Assembly: GCA_963676835.2 (NCBI GenBank)
Contig: CAXXFF010000001.1
Span: 640,001 to 704,000 of the forward strand
DNA length: 64,000 nt
From: Marispirochaeta sp.
Lineage (GTDB): Bacteria > Spirochaetota > Spirochaetia > JC444 > Marispirochaetaceae
Direction of reading: 5' to 3'
The position numbers were made by a program, and so were the translations under genes. The notes beneath the pieces were generated by a model. The model worked only from the letters and a program-made list of their open reading frames with translations. It made no database searches and was not told where the DNA came from. Positions 21,362 through 30,641 of the stretch are shown here, one piece after another (position 1 is the first letter of the stretch; each line of letters opens with the position of its first letter).

Positions 21362-22537
21362 CTACTTGATTTTTTCCAGAGCAGCCTTTGCCAGACGCCG
21401 GGTATCGCCGGACCAGTCGGAAAACTCGACTTCTATAAGTGCTGCCCGGCCTGCGGGATCACCTACACTGCCAAGGGCATTGATGGTGGCCCTCACAACA
21501 TTCTCCGAACTGAAGGTATATCCCTCATTCCGTTTGCCGTTGAGCTCACTGAGAAAAGCCGCCAGAAGACGGGCGGCAACTTCGCTCTTTGCGGCCCCGA
21601 GAGCCTCAAGAGCAGTAAGAGTTTCGGTCATGGAAAAGCTTTTACGAACCATTTCATCCAGAAGGATAAAAGCATCTTCATCTGCACCGGCATACTGCTT
21701 AAGCATCTGAGCAGCCTTTGTTCTCATCTGGCTCAAGAATACCTGCTGCCTGCGGTCCGCGGTTTCAAATTTGAGCCCCTGCGCAAGAGCCTCTTTTGCC
21801 AGTTCGGATTTTCTCTCTTCCGGAGCCTTGGATCGGTCATCAACAAGCAGAACATGATATTTAACGGCATAGTCGCTTTCGTAGGTGAGAATGTCCACCA
21901 GAAGATCTGTAGGATCATCTACCATATTGACCATTGCACGGTCAGCCCGCTTAACAACAGGGTTTGAATAGCGTCCGATACTGGTAAAAAAGACAGGGCT
22001 GAAGCCCACGGGCTGACGAAGAAGTTCAAGGGTTTCGATACATGCCGAAACAATAGACTCAACCTCTTCTTTGGCACTGAACTCTACAATACCCATATTT
22101 ATATTCCGGAGCAGGAATGAGAGCTCCTCGGCATACTGTATGGCAGTAATTTTTCCCAGAGTCTTGATAGCTTTTGCCCGGAGAAAGGGATCGTTTACCT
22201 GTTCGGATACAAGGAATGCATCTGCTGCAGCCTCTTTGGCCTTCAGGCTGCCTACCTCATCAAGGATTATACCTATAAGAGTATATGTCTCCTGCCTGTT
22301 GGTTGAATCGCCTATATTCTGCAGATTCAAAACCTCTTCAGACAGGGCTTTGGTTAGAACGGGAATCATCTCACGGTCATGCTGTTCAATTATATTGGAC
22401 ATTATGGCAACTTTCTGTTTCATATTTACCGCAGTCTCATACAGCCGTGTCCACATGGCGGACATCTCGCTGGCCCCGGCAGTAACACTGCACAGAAGGA
22501 GCAAAAGTACAAGGAATCGTCGTATTCTGATTATCAT
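21362..22537 (-). CDS. Exported HEAT-repeat protein
   Basis: Signal peptide (AGA-S). HEAT-like units (LRAKAIKTLGKI, ALEALGAA, VVRATINALGSVG). Confidence 0.8.
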   Translation of the reverse strand: MIIRIRRFLVLLLLLCSVTAGASEMSAMWTRLYETAVNMKQKVAIMSNIIEQHDREMIPVLTKALSEEVLNLQNIGDSTNRQETYTLIGIILDEVGSLKAKEAAADAFLVSEQVNDPFLRAKAIKTLGKITAIQYAEELSFLLRNINMGIVEFSAKEEVESIVSACIETLELLRQPVGFSPVFFTSIGRYSNPVVKRADRAMVNMVDDPTDLLVDILTYESDYAVKYHVLLVDDRSKAPEERKSELAKEALAQGLKFETADRRQQVFLSQMRTKAAQMLKQYAGADEDAFILLDEMVRKSFSMTETLTALEALGAAKSEVAARLLAAFLSELNGKRNEGYTFSSENVVRATINALGSVGDPAGRAALIEVEFSDWSGDTRRLAKAALEKIK

Positions 22538-22550
22538 AAAAACTCTCTCC

Positions 22551-23417
22551 TTACTGCGCTACTACACGCTCTTCCTGGCGGTAGGAAAATTCACGGGTAA
22601 TAACCTGCTCCACCGTTTCATCGGCCCGCAGATAAACCTCTTTTACCGCGCTGCCTTTGTCATCATATTCATACTCAACAATCCGTTCCCGGCTGCCGTT
22701 TGCACGGTAAAAGGTTTTACTCACCACGTTGTCACCGGAATAGGCAAACTCAATCTTACCTGATGCAACTCCTTTCTGGTCAAAAGATTTTTCGACCATA
22801 ACCTTGCCAGCCTGGACTTCCCGGACAAAATGATCCCGGAGAGTGCCGTCTGCAGCAAATGTATCTATGCGGACAACAACGCCGTTTTCATATGAATACT
22901 CACTGTAGGCCATAAGATTGCCGCTGCTGTCCTTAACATCCCAGCGAATACGGTTCCCCTCAGAATCGTAGGTATAATCTGAAATAGTCTGCAGTTCCTC
23001 GTTCCTATTGTACAGCTCATGGGAAACCAGCAGACCATCAGAGTTATTCAGGGAAATGCTCAGGGACTGCAGTTTCTGGTCAGGGTCGTAGGTGAATCTT
23101 TTTACCCTGTTGTCCGCATCACTGTACTCATAACTCATATGTTCAATGGGATCACCGAAAGAATCGGTAACAACTACTTCTGCAAGTCTGTCATTTTCCC
23201 AGGTAAACACCTTCTCTGTCTCCAGAAAATCTTCTCCAATATATGAAGATTCCTTCTGGATCATGGGAATATCCACAATCTCTACCCGGGTTGCCGCTGC
23301 AGTTGCTGCGGGTGCGGTCTCTACAACAACCGCTTCATTTGTTCCTGCACAACCTGCAATGAAAAATAGAACAAGCGCGGCAGCCGCGCCGAAAAATAGC
23401 TTATGCCTGCATTTCAT
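22551..23417 (-). CDS. Lipoprotein with YD/RHS-like beta-hairpin repeats
   Basis: Lipobox IAG-C from the ATG at 23417 (RBS GAGGAG). Repeats YEYSDADN, YTYDSEGN, YSYENG, YEYDDKGS. Confidence 0.8.
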   Translation of the reverse strand: MKCRHKLFFGAAAALVLFFIAGCAGTNEAVVVETAPAATAAATRVEIVDIPMIQKESSYIGEDFLETEKVFTWENDRLAEVVVTDSFGDPIEHMSYEYSDADNRVKRFTYDPDQKLQSLSISLNNSDGLLVSHELYNRNEELQTISDYTYDSEGNRIRWDVKDSSGNLMAYSEYSYENGVVVRIDTFAADGTLRDHFVREVQAGKVMVEKSFDQKGVASGKIEFAYSGDNVVSKTFYRANGSRERIVEYEYDDKGSAVKEVYLRADETVEQVITREFSYRQEERVVAQ

Positions 23418-23499
23418 ATTGTTTACTCCTCTGAGATTACCGACATGGAGTATAGTCAAGCTGAACCGAAAAATCAACGAATCCCTCTGATCAATCCTT

Positions 23500-24360
23500 T
23501 TAATATAGAGTCTCATTAACTATTTCATCATATAAGGCCAGAGTTTCCTCCAGAGAAAAGGTCTCACCTCTTCTTTTAAGGTCAAGAGAGATTAGCGATG
23601 AGGCGGTTTCGATTTTTTTCCAGCCGTATTTTGAAGCCGTCCTTCCCCGTTTCAGATTGTTGGCAGCGGTCTTTCTGCGGGAGGCAAACAGATCGTGGAC
23701 AAGAATAAAAAAATCCTCCATACGCCCATGGGGCGACAGCTCTTTTCTGGTCATCCTAACAGTGCTTGAAACAACCCGGGGAGGAGGAAAAAAGGCACTT
23801 CCCCCGATATCGCAGATCTTCTCAACTTTGCAGCGCAGCTGGCATACCAGGGAAAAGACAGAGTAATCGGAACTGCCGGCGGATGCCGCCATTCTGCGTC
23901 CCACCTCTTTCTGTAGAGTAAACACGGAAACAGGAGGAAAGGCATCCGCCTCTGCCAGAGCCCCGATCATAACAGAACCGGTTGAATAAGGGAGATTACC
24001 AAGCAGCCTGTCCGGCATGCCGGATTTTTTCAGTTCTTCAGGAAATGTTTGTAAAAAATCTCCTTCAACAATTCGTATTCTCTCCCCAAAAAGCTTACGC
24101 AAAAGCCGTATCAGGCCCCGGTCAATTTCGAATACGGTTACTTTAATATCATCATGAAGGAGATGGTGGGTTATGGCGCCCATGCCGGGCCCGATCTCCC
24201 AGATATGATCCCCGGGAGCCGGGGCCAGGGCAGCAACAATCTTTTCCCTGTGAGCCGGATCTATGAGAAAATTCTGTCCGAAACGCTTTTTTAAAGTAAG
24301 CCCGTTTTCTTCGAGCAGTTCAGCTATCTGATGTCGTGAATTCCAAAGGCTTTCGTCCAC
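23500..24360 (-). CDS. rsmA: 16S rRNA m6,2A dimethyltransferase
   Basis: KKRFGQNFL, EIGPGMG, FEID, GNLPY, AFFPPPRVVS, RRKT. Confidence 0.95.
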   Translation of the reverse strand: MDESLWNSRHQIAELLEENGLTLKKRFGQNFLIDPAHREKIVAALAPAPGDHIWEIGPGMGAITHHLLHDDIKVTVFEIDRGLIRLLRKLFGERIRIVEGDFLQTFPEELKKSGMPDRLLGNLPYSTGSVMIGALAEADAFPPVSVFTLQKEVGRRMAASAGSSDYSVFSLVCQLRCKVEKICDIGGSAFFPPPRVVSSTVRMTRKELSPHGRMEDFFILVHDLFASRRKTAANNLKRGRTASKYGWKKIETASSLISLDLKRRGETFSLEETLALYDEIVNETLY

Positions 24361-25882
24361 CCGTCGGCGCTCCTCTGTTTCTGAAAGTTTTCCTGTTCCA
24401 GGGCCGGGGCCGGCACCAGGAATGGTACCAAGAATAGAGCAATAGGAAGAAAAACACCAGACTTATTCCAAAGGCGCTTGCAGCTGCAGTCCCGGGATCA
24501 AGGGTTATTCCTGGACAACGGAGAAAAATTACTGATACAGCATCAAGCAGTTCATACAGATAGAAAAAGAAGTGTTTCATCGGCAGTTCCAGGTAAAACA
24601 CCGGCGGCATAAACAGAAAGAGAAGCCCTCCACTGAGAAAAAGCCAGATAACAGGAGTCAGAACCAGTGAAGCTGCGATTCCCACGGGACTGCTTACCCC
24701 GTAGAAATAGAGGCTTAGAGGCAGGGTTCCGCACCATGCTGCGGCAGAGACAGCAATGGCGGCAGCACACCCGTAGGGCAATGGCCTTGCAAGAAAGCGG
24801 GTAAAAGGAGGGGCAAAGAAGAGAATCCCTCCCAGTGCAGCAAAGGAAAAGCAGAATCCCTGGTCCTGTAGAAACTCCGGCCTTATGAGAAGCATGAAGA
24901 TATAGGTGTAGATCAAAATCACAGGTATGGCGGGCCTGCGTATTTTGCCTGTGGTAAGAATAAACAGGGTCATCATAAAGGCTGACCGTAACAGCGAAGG
25001 CTGAGGCCCGGTAAAGAAAAGATAAAATGGAAGAAGCAGCAGTACCATCCGACGAGCAGCGGGAACGGGCATAAAAATCCCCATAAGGAAGGATAGCCCC
25101 GCTGCGAGAACGGCAAGATGCATCCCCGACAACGCAAGCAGATGGCTGGTCCCTATGCTGCGAAAACGCTCGTTCAGCTTCCCGCTCAGTCTGGGTCTGT
25201 TTCCAGCAATCAGAGCTTCAAGCAGGGCTGCACTTCTCGGATCAAGAGAATCGAGACGCCGCTGAAAGAGAGCGGAACAGGTTACCCGCAGCTGCTTAAG
25301 CATGCTGATGGACATGCTATCCTTTTGAACCTCCGCAAATATGATCCCCTTTTCCATCTCATGTAAACCAGGCTTATCCCCGGGAATAATGGTTAAGCGG
25401 GTTCCCCAGGAATAACGGTGCCTGTCCCCGGTAAACACAAGGAGTCTGCCAACCGCTGCTGCTCTTGTCCCCTTTAAAGTCTCAACCGCTGAAAGCGAGA
25501 GATAATGTACGGTGCCGCCGCCGGCAGAGCGGCTGTCACGGTAAAGCTCTCCTGTCAGTTTAACCACAGAACCCTCTGTACCGAACCATACAGCATTCCG
25601 GGTACGTCCGGCGGAACACTGGGCGGTACAGACAGTCAGGAGGCAGAGAAGAATCAGCAGACTTCGCCGGAAAACGATGCCGACGGCGGCTGTAATCAGG
25701 GAAAGCAGAATAATCGGCAGAGGTCCTGTAATAATGGCTGATGCCTGGCCGGCGGCAATGCAGAGAGGAATGAGAAGGTCTAACCGAAATGATCTATTGT
25801 CCGAGGATCGCCCTTCGGGCTTCGTCTCCTGCGTTACGGATGGTTTTTGAGTAGTCCAGGTATCCCAGATAGAGTAAGGCAT
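24320..25882 (-). CDS. comEC: ComEC/Rec2-family competence membrane protein (no beta-lactamase-like domain)
   Basis: GTSHLLALSGMHL, PSLLRSAFM, GFCFSFAA and many TM helices. The start is uncertain and probably downstream of 25882. Confidence 0.82.
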   Translation of the reverse strand: MPYSIWDTWTTQKPSVTQETKPEGRSSDNRSFRLDLLIPLCIAAGQASAIITGPLPIILLSLITAAVGIVFRRSLLILLCLLTVCTAQCSAGRTRNAVWFGTEGSVVKLTGELYRDSRSAGGGTVHYLSLSAVETLKGTRAAAVGRLLVFTGDRHRYSWGTRLTIIPGDKPGLHEMEKGIIFAEVQKDSMSISMLKQLRVTCSALFQRRLDSLDPRSAALLEALIAGNRPRLSGKLNERFRSIGTSHLLALSGMHLAVLAAGLSFLMGIFMPVPAARRMVLLLLPFYLFFTGPQPSLLRSAFMMTLFILTTGKIRRPAIPVILIYTYIFMLLIRPEFLQDQGFCFSFAALGGILFFAPPFTRFLARPLPYGCAAAIAVSAAAWCGTLPLSLYFYGVSSPVGIAASLVLTPVIWLFLSGGLLFLFMPPVFYLELPMKHFFFYLYELLDAVSVIFLRCPGITLDPGTAAASAFGISLVFFFLLLYSWYHSWCRPRPWNRKTFRNRGAPTGGRKPLEFTTSDS

Positions 25883-27005
25883 TGAGTCCCGCCTTGGATT
25901 TCAACTCTCCAAGGCTCCTTACAACTGCAAGGGTGATCTGTTCATCATAGCCCTGGTTACCTTCAACAAATGAGTTGATTACATCTAGATACAACGCAAG
26001 ACGTACTGCTGCTTCACGGGTATCCATAACTCCCAGTGCTGCGATGGATTCCAGAAGCGCAGACTTCGAACCGATACCCCTGTCATATTCCAGAACACAG
26101 AGATCAAAATGCTGAATAAGCTCATCGGTGGCATCGGACCAGCGCAGTTCCCGGAGCACCCGGGCAGCCAGAACCCGCATCTGCCGGATAAGTCCGGCAT
26201 TGGCCTGATCGGAAAGGGTCAGACCATTACCTACCTGCAGGGCTTCGATACAGACACCGGCCCGGGCCTCGGAAGAGAGCTCCTCCCGGTCCACCGTGGT
26301 CTGAAGGGCAACCAGCTTTTCTGCCGCAGCACCGCTTTTAATGATCCCGCTGGCCATCTTGGCATAATCGCCTTCTACTGCAAGCAGAGCTTCCCTGGCG
26401 GCATTGGTTATCTCATCGGGCAGCGCCATAACACTTATGGAGAGAAAAATTGAGAAGGAGCTGGGATCCCGGAAACTGCCCGCAGTTCGAACCGCCTGAC
26501 CGAATACCTGGAGGTTGACTCCGCTTCCTGCACGGAAAATACTCACCTGACGATCGATCCAGTTATTAAGCAGCATGAGAATACGCTCATTACCGAGTTT
26601 TTCCTTATTCAGGCTGGCCAGAATGGATATGCGTATTCTGGTTTCATCATAGTTATTGAACAGCTCCCAGAGGGAGCCTCCTGCGGGGGCATAGGCTGAT
26701 GTTCCCGCCAGCTGTACTGCCAGTACAGCAATTTCCTGAAGCTGCACATTGGATTTAAGCAGATCAGAGTTATTAACTGCATAATCGACGGCCTGCTTGT
26801 AGAGGGGGCCCATCAGTTCCGGAGAATAGTTGACAGAATCCTTGAGTATATCGAGTTTTGTTTCATCTCCCGCACGGGAAAAGTTTTCCCTGAAGGCAGC
26901 CACAAGAGGATCTTCCTCCTGTTTTTCCTGGGAAAAAAGCGGCAGAAAAGAGAAGAAAACAAGAAGTAGAAAACAAATTGAAATAAGCTTTTTGGGCAAC
27001 AGCAT
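25794..27005 (-). CDS. Exported HEAT-repeat protein (paralog of 21362..22537)
   Basis: Signal peptide (LFS-Q) and helical repeats. The C-terminal part aligns by eye with 21362..22537. Confidence 0.8.
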   Translation of the reverse strand: MLLPKKLISICFLLLVFFSFLPLFSQEKQEEDPLVAAFRENFSRAGDETKLDILKDSVNYSPELMGPLYKQAVDYAVNNSDLLKSNVQLQEIAVLAVQLAGTSAYAPAGGSLWELFNNYDETRIRISILASLNKEKLGNERILMLLNNWIDRQVSIFRAGSGVNLQVFGQAVRTAGSFRDPSSFSIFLSISVMALPDEITNAAREALLAVEGDYAKMASGIIKSGAAAEKLVALQTTVDREELSSEARAGVCIEALQVGNGLTLSDQANAGLIRQMRVLAARVLRELRWSDATDELIQHFDLCVLEYDRGIGSKSALLESIAALGVMDTREAAVRLALYLDVINSFVEGNQGYDEQITLAVVRSLGELKSKAGLNALLYLGYLDYSKTIRNAGDEARRAILGQ

Positions 27006-27014
27006 AGGATCCTC

Positions 27015-28052
27015 TTAACCGTAGGAAGGGATAGTCCGGGGTTTTGCCTTGGGCTCCCGCTCCTGAAAAATATTATAGACAAAAGAGAGCATACGGTTTT
27101 TCTGCCGGGGACTCAGAGGAACAGCCTGAATGTGCAGAACCGACTGATTCTTTTTCTGGTTGAAGGTAACTCCCCTGACAACACCACACATGACAATGGA
27201 TGCGGAGGTGAGCATAAACTGAAGCTTTACTGCAAGCCCAACCTTGGCACGACCACCAATCAGCACCGCAGCACCATCCTCTGAAACATCTATGAGCCTG
27301 CAGCGCAGCCCACTGGATGTTTCTTCCGCCTCATTTGCCTGATTAATGGATGACAGCGGATACAGGAAGGCAGGCTTATGAACATCCACACGTACGGACC
27401 GCCTCTTCTGACTGCGGATAAGATTATCCGAATGACCTACATGCAGGATTGGATATTTCTGTTCAATAAAATCATCGAGAATTTTGGATTCAAATACATA
27501 GCCCGCATCTTCCGCCCGCCAGAAGTAGATATTTACCCGCTGGTTTTTCCAGGTGGCTCCGGGAGGCAGCTTCGGTCCTTCGGGATAGGAAATTGCAAGA
27601 TACCTGCGCAGGTTTTCAACAACCGAAGCATTATAGGTTCCTACTCCGGGGAGGGTAATCTTGATTCGCTGATGGGTGGAAATTTTCCGGGTGGTTTTAA
27701 GACCCAGGGTGTACTTGGGCAGAGCCAGCTCCACCTTTTTACGGAACTCGAAGAGCTTGCTCACAAAGCGAATACTGCTTTCGTCACCCTCCTTGCCCTC
27801 TGAGCGGAGTTTTATAATTACTCCTTTTATGGAACGGTCAAGCTGTTTAATAGACCAGAAAAGACTGATTGGATTTTCGAGATGATTCTGCACAGCCACT
27901 TTTCGTAAAAGATTAATCTCATGAAAGGAGAAGCCGGACTCCTTGCCTTTCGTGTAGAAATGAACCCAGGGAAAACTCCCCCCACCCGCATGGCGGAGAA
28001 CGAGGATAATAACCGTAACAATAGCCAGCAAAACCAGCAAAACAATCAGCAT
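27015..28052 (-). CDS. Membrane-anchored PilZ-domain protein (YcgR/flagellar-brake-like)
   Basis: N-terminal TM helix and c-di-GMP motifs QKRRSVR (RxxxR) and DVSEDG (DxSxxG). Confidence 0.85.
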   Translation of the reverse strand: MLIVLLVLLAIVTVIILVLRHAGGGSFPWVHFYTKGKESGFSFHEINLLRKVAVQNHLENPISLFWSIKQLDRSIKGVIIKLRSEGKEGDESSIRFVSKLFEFRKKVELALPKYTLGLKTTRKISTHQRIKITLPGVGTYNASVVENLRRYLAISYPEGPKLPPGATWKNQRVNIYFWRAEDAGYVFESKILDDFIEQKYPILHVGHSDNLIRSQKRRSVRVDVHKPAFLYPLSSINQANEAEETSSGLRCRLIDVSEDGAAVLIGGRAKVGLAVKLQFMLTSASIVMCGVVRGVTFNQKKNQSVLHIQAVPLSPRQKNRMLSFVYNIFQEREPKAKPRTIPSYG

Positions 28053-28148
28053 AACATACTTTCCGCTTTAATCCTTATTCCTTACTATAATATGATATAT
28101 ACATTATATTATGCAATCACTAATATATGTACCAGGAATTGTGCACCG

Positions 28149-28877
28149 ATGATGGATTATAAAGGATTTTCGCGGATCTTACCACGTTTTTATCTATACC
28201 TGAAAAGGGAATACTATGAAATACTCGAACCGCTGCTCCTTTTTGCTGCATTCTTCCTTCCGGGATATCTTTTCCAGGGTGAAGGGGTGGATCCCTATCT
28301 CTTTGATTCCGTCTCATTTCACCTTATGTACATGGTTCAGATTCTACCGCTTATTCTGCTCACCCTCTTTATTATTTCCCGTAAAAGCCCGGACTGGAGG
28401 AACATATACCGTCTTCACTCTTTTCGTTCCTTCGACATACTGAAAGGCTTTTTGATTTTCCTGCTTGTATGGGCAGTTCTGATTCCCTGGTATCTGCTGC
28501 AGAGCTACTTTGCGGCCAATGCTGCGGGAGGAGATACCCTGCTTGAAGAGAACTGGCTGCTGACCAGTTCTGCAATTCTTCCCCTTGTATTTATTACCTC
28601 CCTGGTAACCGGGTACTGGGAAGAGCTGTTTTTCCGCGCATATCTGGACCGGCAGCTTCAGCGTATCCGTTTTTCTTCATCTGCAGCGGCAGTAACGGTC
28701 ACCCTGCTTTTCGGTGTCGGGCATCTGTATCAGGGTCTTATTCCCGCACTGGGTACGGTAATTATCGGAGCGGTTCTGCTCTCCGCTTTCAGGCGGACCG
28801 GAAGTTTACACGGTGTAGCCATAGCCCATGGTCTTTATAACTTTTCCATTCTGAGCCTGTCTTTGACAGGGCCATAA
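28149..28877 (+). CDS. CPBP (CAAX/Abi) family intramembrane metalloprotease
   Basis: EELFFRAY, FGVGHLYQG, AIAHGLYN. The start is approximate. Confidence 0.88.
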   Translation: MMDYKGFSRILPRFYLYLKREYYEILEPLLLFAAFFLPGYLFQGEGVDPYLFDSVSFHLMYMVQILPLILLTLFIISRKSPDWRNIYRLHSFRSFDILKGFLIFLLVWAVLIPWYLLQSYFAANAAGGDTLLEENWLLTSSAILPLVFITSLVTGYWEELFFRAYLDRQLQRIRFSSSAAAVTVTLLFGVGHLYQGLIPALGTVIIGAVLLSAFRRTGSLHGVAIAHGLYNFSILSLSLTGP

Positions 28878-28894
28878 AAAACCTCTCTCATATA

Positions 28895-28923
28895 TTGATT
28901 TTTATATATAGTAATGCTATTAT
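28895..28923 (+). promoter_or_regulatory. sigma70-type promoter of the transporter-tlpA-dsbD genes
   Basis: TTGATT-17 nt-TATTAT with an extended -10 TG. Confidence 0.55.
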
Positions 28924-28964
28924 TCTGCCATTCAGACTATCTGGAACAGAAACAGGAGCATACT

Positions 28965-29936
28965 ATGTGGAACTTTTTCGGCTTTATAAAGAAACATCTC
29001 AGCATACTTATTCCGGCCTCCATGGTACTCGGGTTTTCCAGCGGACTGGTGCTGGACAATCCTGGAGACCTTAAAGCTGCTATCCTGCCGTTGACCATAT
29101 TAATGATTCTCCCCATGATGGTAACCTTTCCCCTGGCAAAGCTGTTTAAATCCGGTCTCGGACCACGGCTTATCGGTGCAAATGCAGCAATCAACTTTCT
29201 GCTTATACCCATTACAGCCTACTTTCTTGCCCGGCTCTTCTTCAGCGATCAACCCGGCTTTTTTCTGGGGGTTGTCCTGATGGGGCTGATTCCAACCAGC
29301 GGTATGACTATTTCATGGACCGGATTTTCCGGAGGGAATGTTAAAGCGGCCGTTGGGCTTACTGTATTCGGTCTGCTCGCCGGAGCGCTCCTCACACCGG
29401 TGTATCTTGAACTCTTCATGGGCAGCAGGATAAACATTTCTCTCCTTGCTATTTTTAAACAGATAATTCTGACAATTTTTATTCCCCTGGCGGCAGGAAC
29501 TGCTATCCGGCTTCTGCTCACCAAAACCCAGGGGCAGGAGAAGTTTGAAAATTACTGGAAAAAACGGATCCCCTCCATTTCAAGCCTCGGGGTGATAATG
29601 ATCGTTTTTACCGCCACTGCCATGAAGGCCCGTGGACTGGCATCACATCCTGAGCTTCTGCTGAAACTTATTGTGCCTGCACTTCTCTTCTACCTTGTTC
29701 TTTTCACAGGCGTTGCACAGATAGGCAAACGTCTTTTCAATAGAGGTGACAGCCTGGCGCTGCTGTTTTCCACGGTAATGCGGAATCTCTCTCTTGCCAT
29801 GGCAGTAGCAGTAAACACCTTTCCGGAAATCGGCGGACAAGCCGCGCTGTTTCTCGCCCTTGGCTACGTAATACAGGTACAGGCCGCAAGCCTTTATGTA
29901 CGTACCGCCGGAAAAGCGGTACCGGCGGCAGTCTGA
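28965..29936 (+). CDS. BASS/ACR3-family (bile acid:sodium symporter-like) transporter
   Basis: About 10 TM helices, ILPMM, PTSGMTISWTGFSGGN, MRNLSLAMAVA. RBS AGGAG precedes the ATG at 28965. Confidence 0.82.
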   Translation: MWNFFGFIKKHLSILIPASMVLGFSSGLVLDNPGDLKAAILPLTILMILPMMVTFPLAKLFKSGLGPRLIGANAAINFLLIPITAYFLARLFFSDQPGFFLGVVLMGLIPTSGMTISWTGFSGGNVKAAVGLTVFGLLAGALLTPVYLELFMGSRINISLLAIFKQIILTIFIPLAAGTAIRLLLTKTQGQEKFENYWKKRIPSISSLGVIMIVFTATAMKARGLASHPELLLKLIVPALLFYLVLFTGVAQIGKRLFNRGDSLALLFSTVMRNLSLAMAVAVNTFPEIGGQAALFLALGYVIQVQAASLYVRTAGKAVPAAV

Positions 29937-29996
29937 TAAAATTTTTCATTGAACAGCCTCGGTATGAGGCCTATATTCAATACCAGGAGTAACCAT

Positions 29997-30581
29997 ATGA
30001 GAAATACAATACAGCGTACAGTTTTTATATTCACTCTTTTACTTGCCTCACTTGCTTCAACATTCCTCGCAGCCCAGAGCAGCCCGGGAACATCCCTGGA
30101 TCCCCTCTCGGAGCAGCTTTACCAGATGGGATTCGGTATACCCAATTCACCTCTGGATGCTCCCGACTTTACTGTAAAAGGCATCGACGGCAGGAATGTT
30201 TCCCTTTCTTCCTTGAAAGGCAAGGTGGTCCTCCTTAATTTCTGGGCAACCTGGTGCCCCCCGTGTAAGGCGGAAATGCCCGATATGGAGAGTCTCTACG
30301 GTAAAATGAAAGATTCAGGCTTTACCATTCTTGCCATATCATCCAATGACGGACGGGAAACCCGCAAAAAAGTTGAAGACTTTGTTAAAGACAACGGATA
30401 CACCTTTCCCACAGCCTTCGATGACAGCGGAAGTGTTGTTCCCTCGTTCTACCGTACCGGCTCTATTCCCACCAGCTACCTGCTGAATACCGAAGGTAAG
30501 GTAATTGCCCGGCTGGTCGGAATGTATCAGTGGGATACTCCGGAAATGAATTCCGTACTGAAGAAACTTGCAGCACAGTAA
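29997..30581 (+). CDS. TlpA/ResA-family thiol-disulfide reductase
   Basis: APDFT, LNFWATWCPPCKAEMP, IPTSYL, signal peptide. Confidence 0.92.
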   Translation: MRNTIQRTVFIFTLLLASLASTFLAAQSSPGTSLDPLSEQLYQMGFGIPNSPLDAPDFTVKGIDGRNVSLSSLKGKVVLLNFWATWCPPCKAEMPDMESLYGKMKDSGFTILAISSNDGRETRKKVEDFVKDNGYTFPTAFDDSGSVVPSFYRTGSIPTSYLLNTEGKVIARLVGMYQWDTPEMNSVLKKLAAQ

Positions 30582-30641
30582 GCCGGCAAGAATCAGAGAG
30601 CAGATAAAAACGAAGGAAAACACTAAAAAAGGAACAGGGAT

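Noticed and set aside
22551..23417. RHS toxin system
   Set aside because: It is a short lipoprotein with no RHS core terminal motif (DPxG), no toxin tip and no immunity gene.
28908..28920. ArsR-type operator (ATAGTAATGCTAT) before the ACR3-like gene
   Set aside because: The palindrome is short and imperfect in AT-rich DNA, and no regulator gene is nearby.
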